NCBI RefSeq assembly: GCF_006345805.1
Contig: NC_042997.1
Span: 21,638,001 to 21,702,000 of the forward strand
Source of the DNA: Octopus sinensis
Lineage: Eukaryota
Length of the DNA: 64,000 nt
Direction of reading: 5' to 3'
This document shows, one piece after another, positions 63,261 to 64,000 of this stretch. The position numbers were made by a program, and so were the translations under genes. A model generated the notes under the pieces. That model did no database searches. It was not told the origin of the DNA and saw only the letters and a program-made list of their open reading frames with translations. How positions within the stretch are numbered: position 1 is the stretch's first letter; each line of letters opens with the position of its first letter.

Positions 63261-64000
63261 AGAGGAATTAACGCAATGAGGAAAAGTAAATGGAGAGCGC
63301 ATCGTTGTTGATGTTATTTCTCTACGTGACAAGATGTTTGTTCGTGAGTTCCGAAAGTATAAATTACGGATCTTTTCCTTTTGATGGACGGAATTTCTAG
63401 TTAACTAAACAATTTGAAACGGGAATTAATTAAAAATTAAAGCAAAAAGATAATTAACTCCGCCTATGTTGACATCTTTAACACGTGTTTAGATCAGAGA
63501 AATCTAATACACAGCTTGTGATGACGTCACAACAATCATTTCAATGACGCTCTATTACATGTTTAAAATTATAACCAAATGTGTGTGTGTAGTCACTCTC
63601 GCAATTTTAACTAAGGGGAGGTAAAAATTGTAGGCTTTTTTATGAGTTACTTCCCATTGACCATTAACTTTTTAAAACTTTTTTTTAAAGTCTTTCTTCT
63701 CAAAGAGATTAATAATTTTGTCAGTCATTTTTAGCTAACCCCGAAACTTTGACACCCAGTCAAATGACTAACCAACGCTTACAAGAAATAATTTACATTT
63801 AACCTACGATAGTCAGTACTGATTCTTCTGCTTGTCAGTTTTTGAATTGAATGACACTTCAATTTTTAGATACAGGACAAATCAATGGCTATATTTATTT
63901 TAATATTAACTTTCACTATTTATCAAAAGTTTTGGAGTTCTCTGATAGAAATGATTTACCGTGTTTTCTTATGTATAAGTCGTGCTCATTTATAAGTCAC

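Overview
AT-rich eukaryotic genomic DNA, dense in transposable elements and (TA)n, (CA)n, (CATA)n and (ATT)n microsatellites. The SINE families and repeat landscape suggest an octopus or other coleoid cephalopod; this is an inference, not a database result. Only one host gene is well supported: a two-exon-minimum Golgi carbohydrate sulfotransferase (Sulfotransfer_2, CHST11/HNK-1ST-like) on + at about 47.6-49.7 kb. The rest is a transposon graveyard: a full-length frameshifted Tx1-like L1 LINE with a 13-bp TSD, two further Tx1 ORF1 relics, a Gypsy LTR element plus a solo LTR, RTE, R4/Dong-like, CR1/L2 and Penelope-like (PLE) retroelement fragments, two mariners, a maT (DD37D), a Chapaev3-like and a hAT relic, a Helitron-like end carrying an AAAATTTT satellite, and many tRNA-derived SINEs. 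The most unusual signal is a set of short non-coding elements that recur with inverted or circularly permuted internal duplications and, in three cases, 12-14 bp target-site duplications. Four carry minimal hammerhead-ribozyme-like motifs (one joined to a tRNA-like Pol III head). Two diverged relatives (2904-9108 and 51683-52016) keep the same series of hairpins despite sequence change. This is consistent with several retrozyme-like or PLE-dependent RNA parasites. All alignments were done by eye; nothing was computed or searched.
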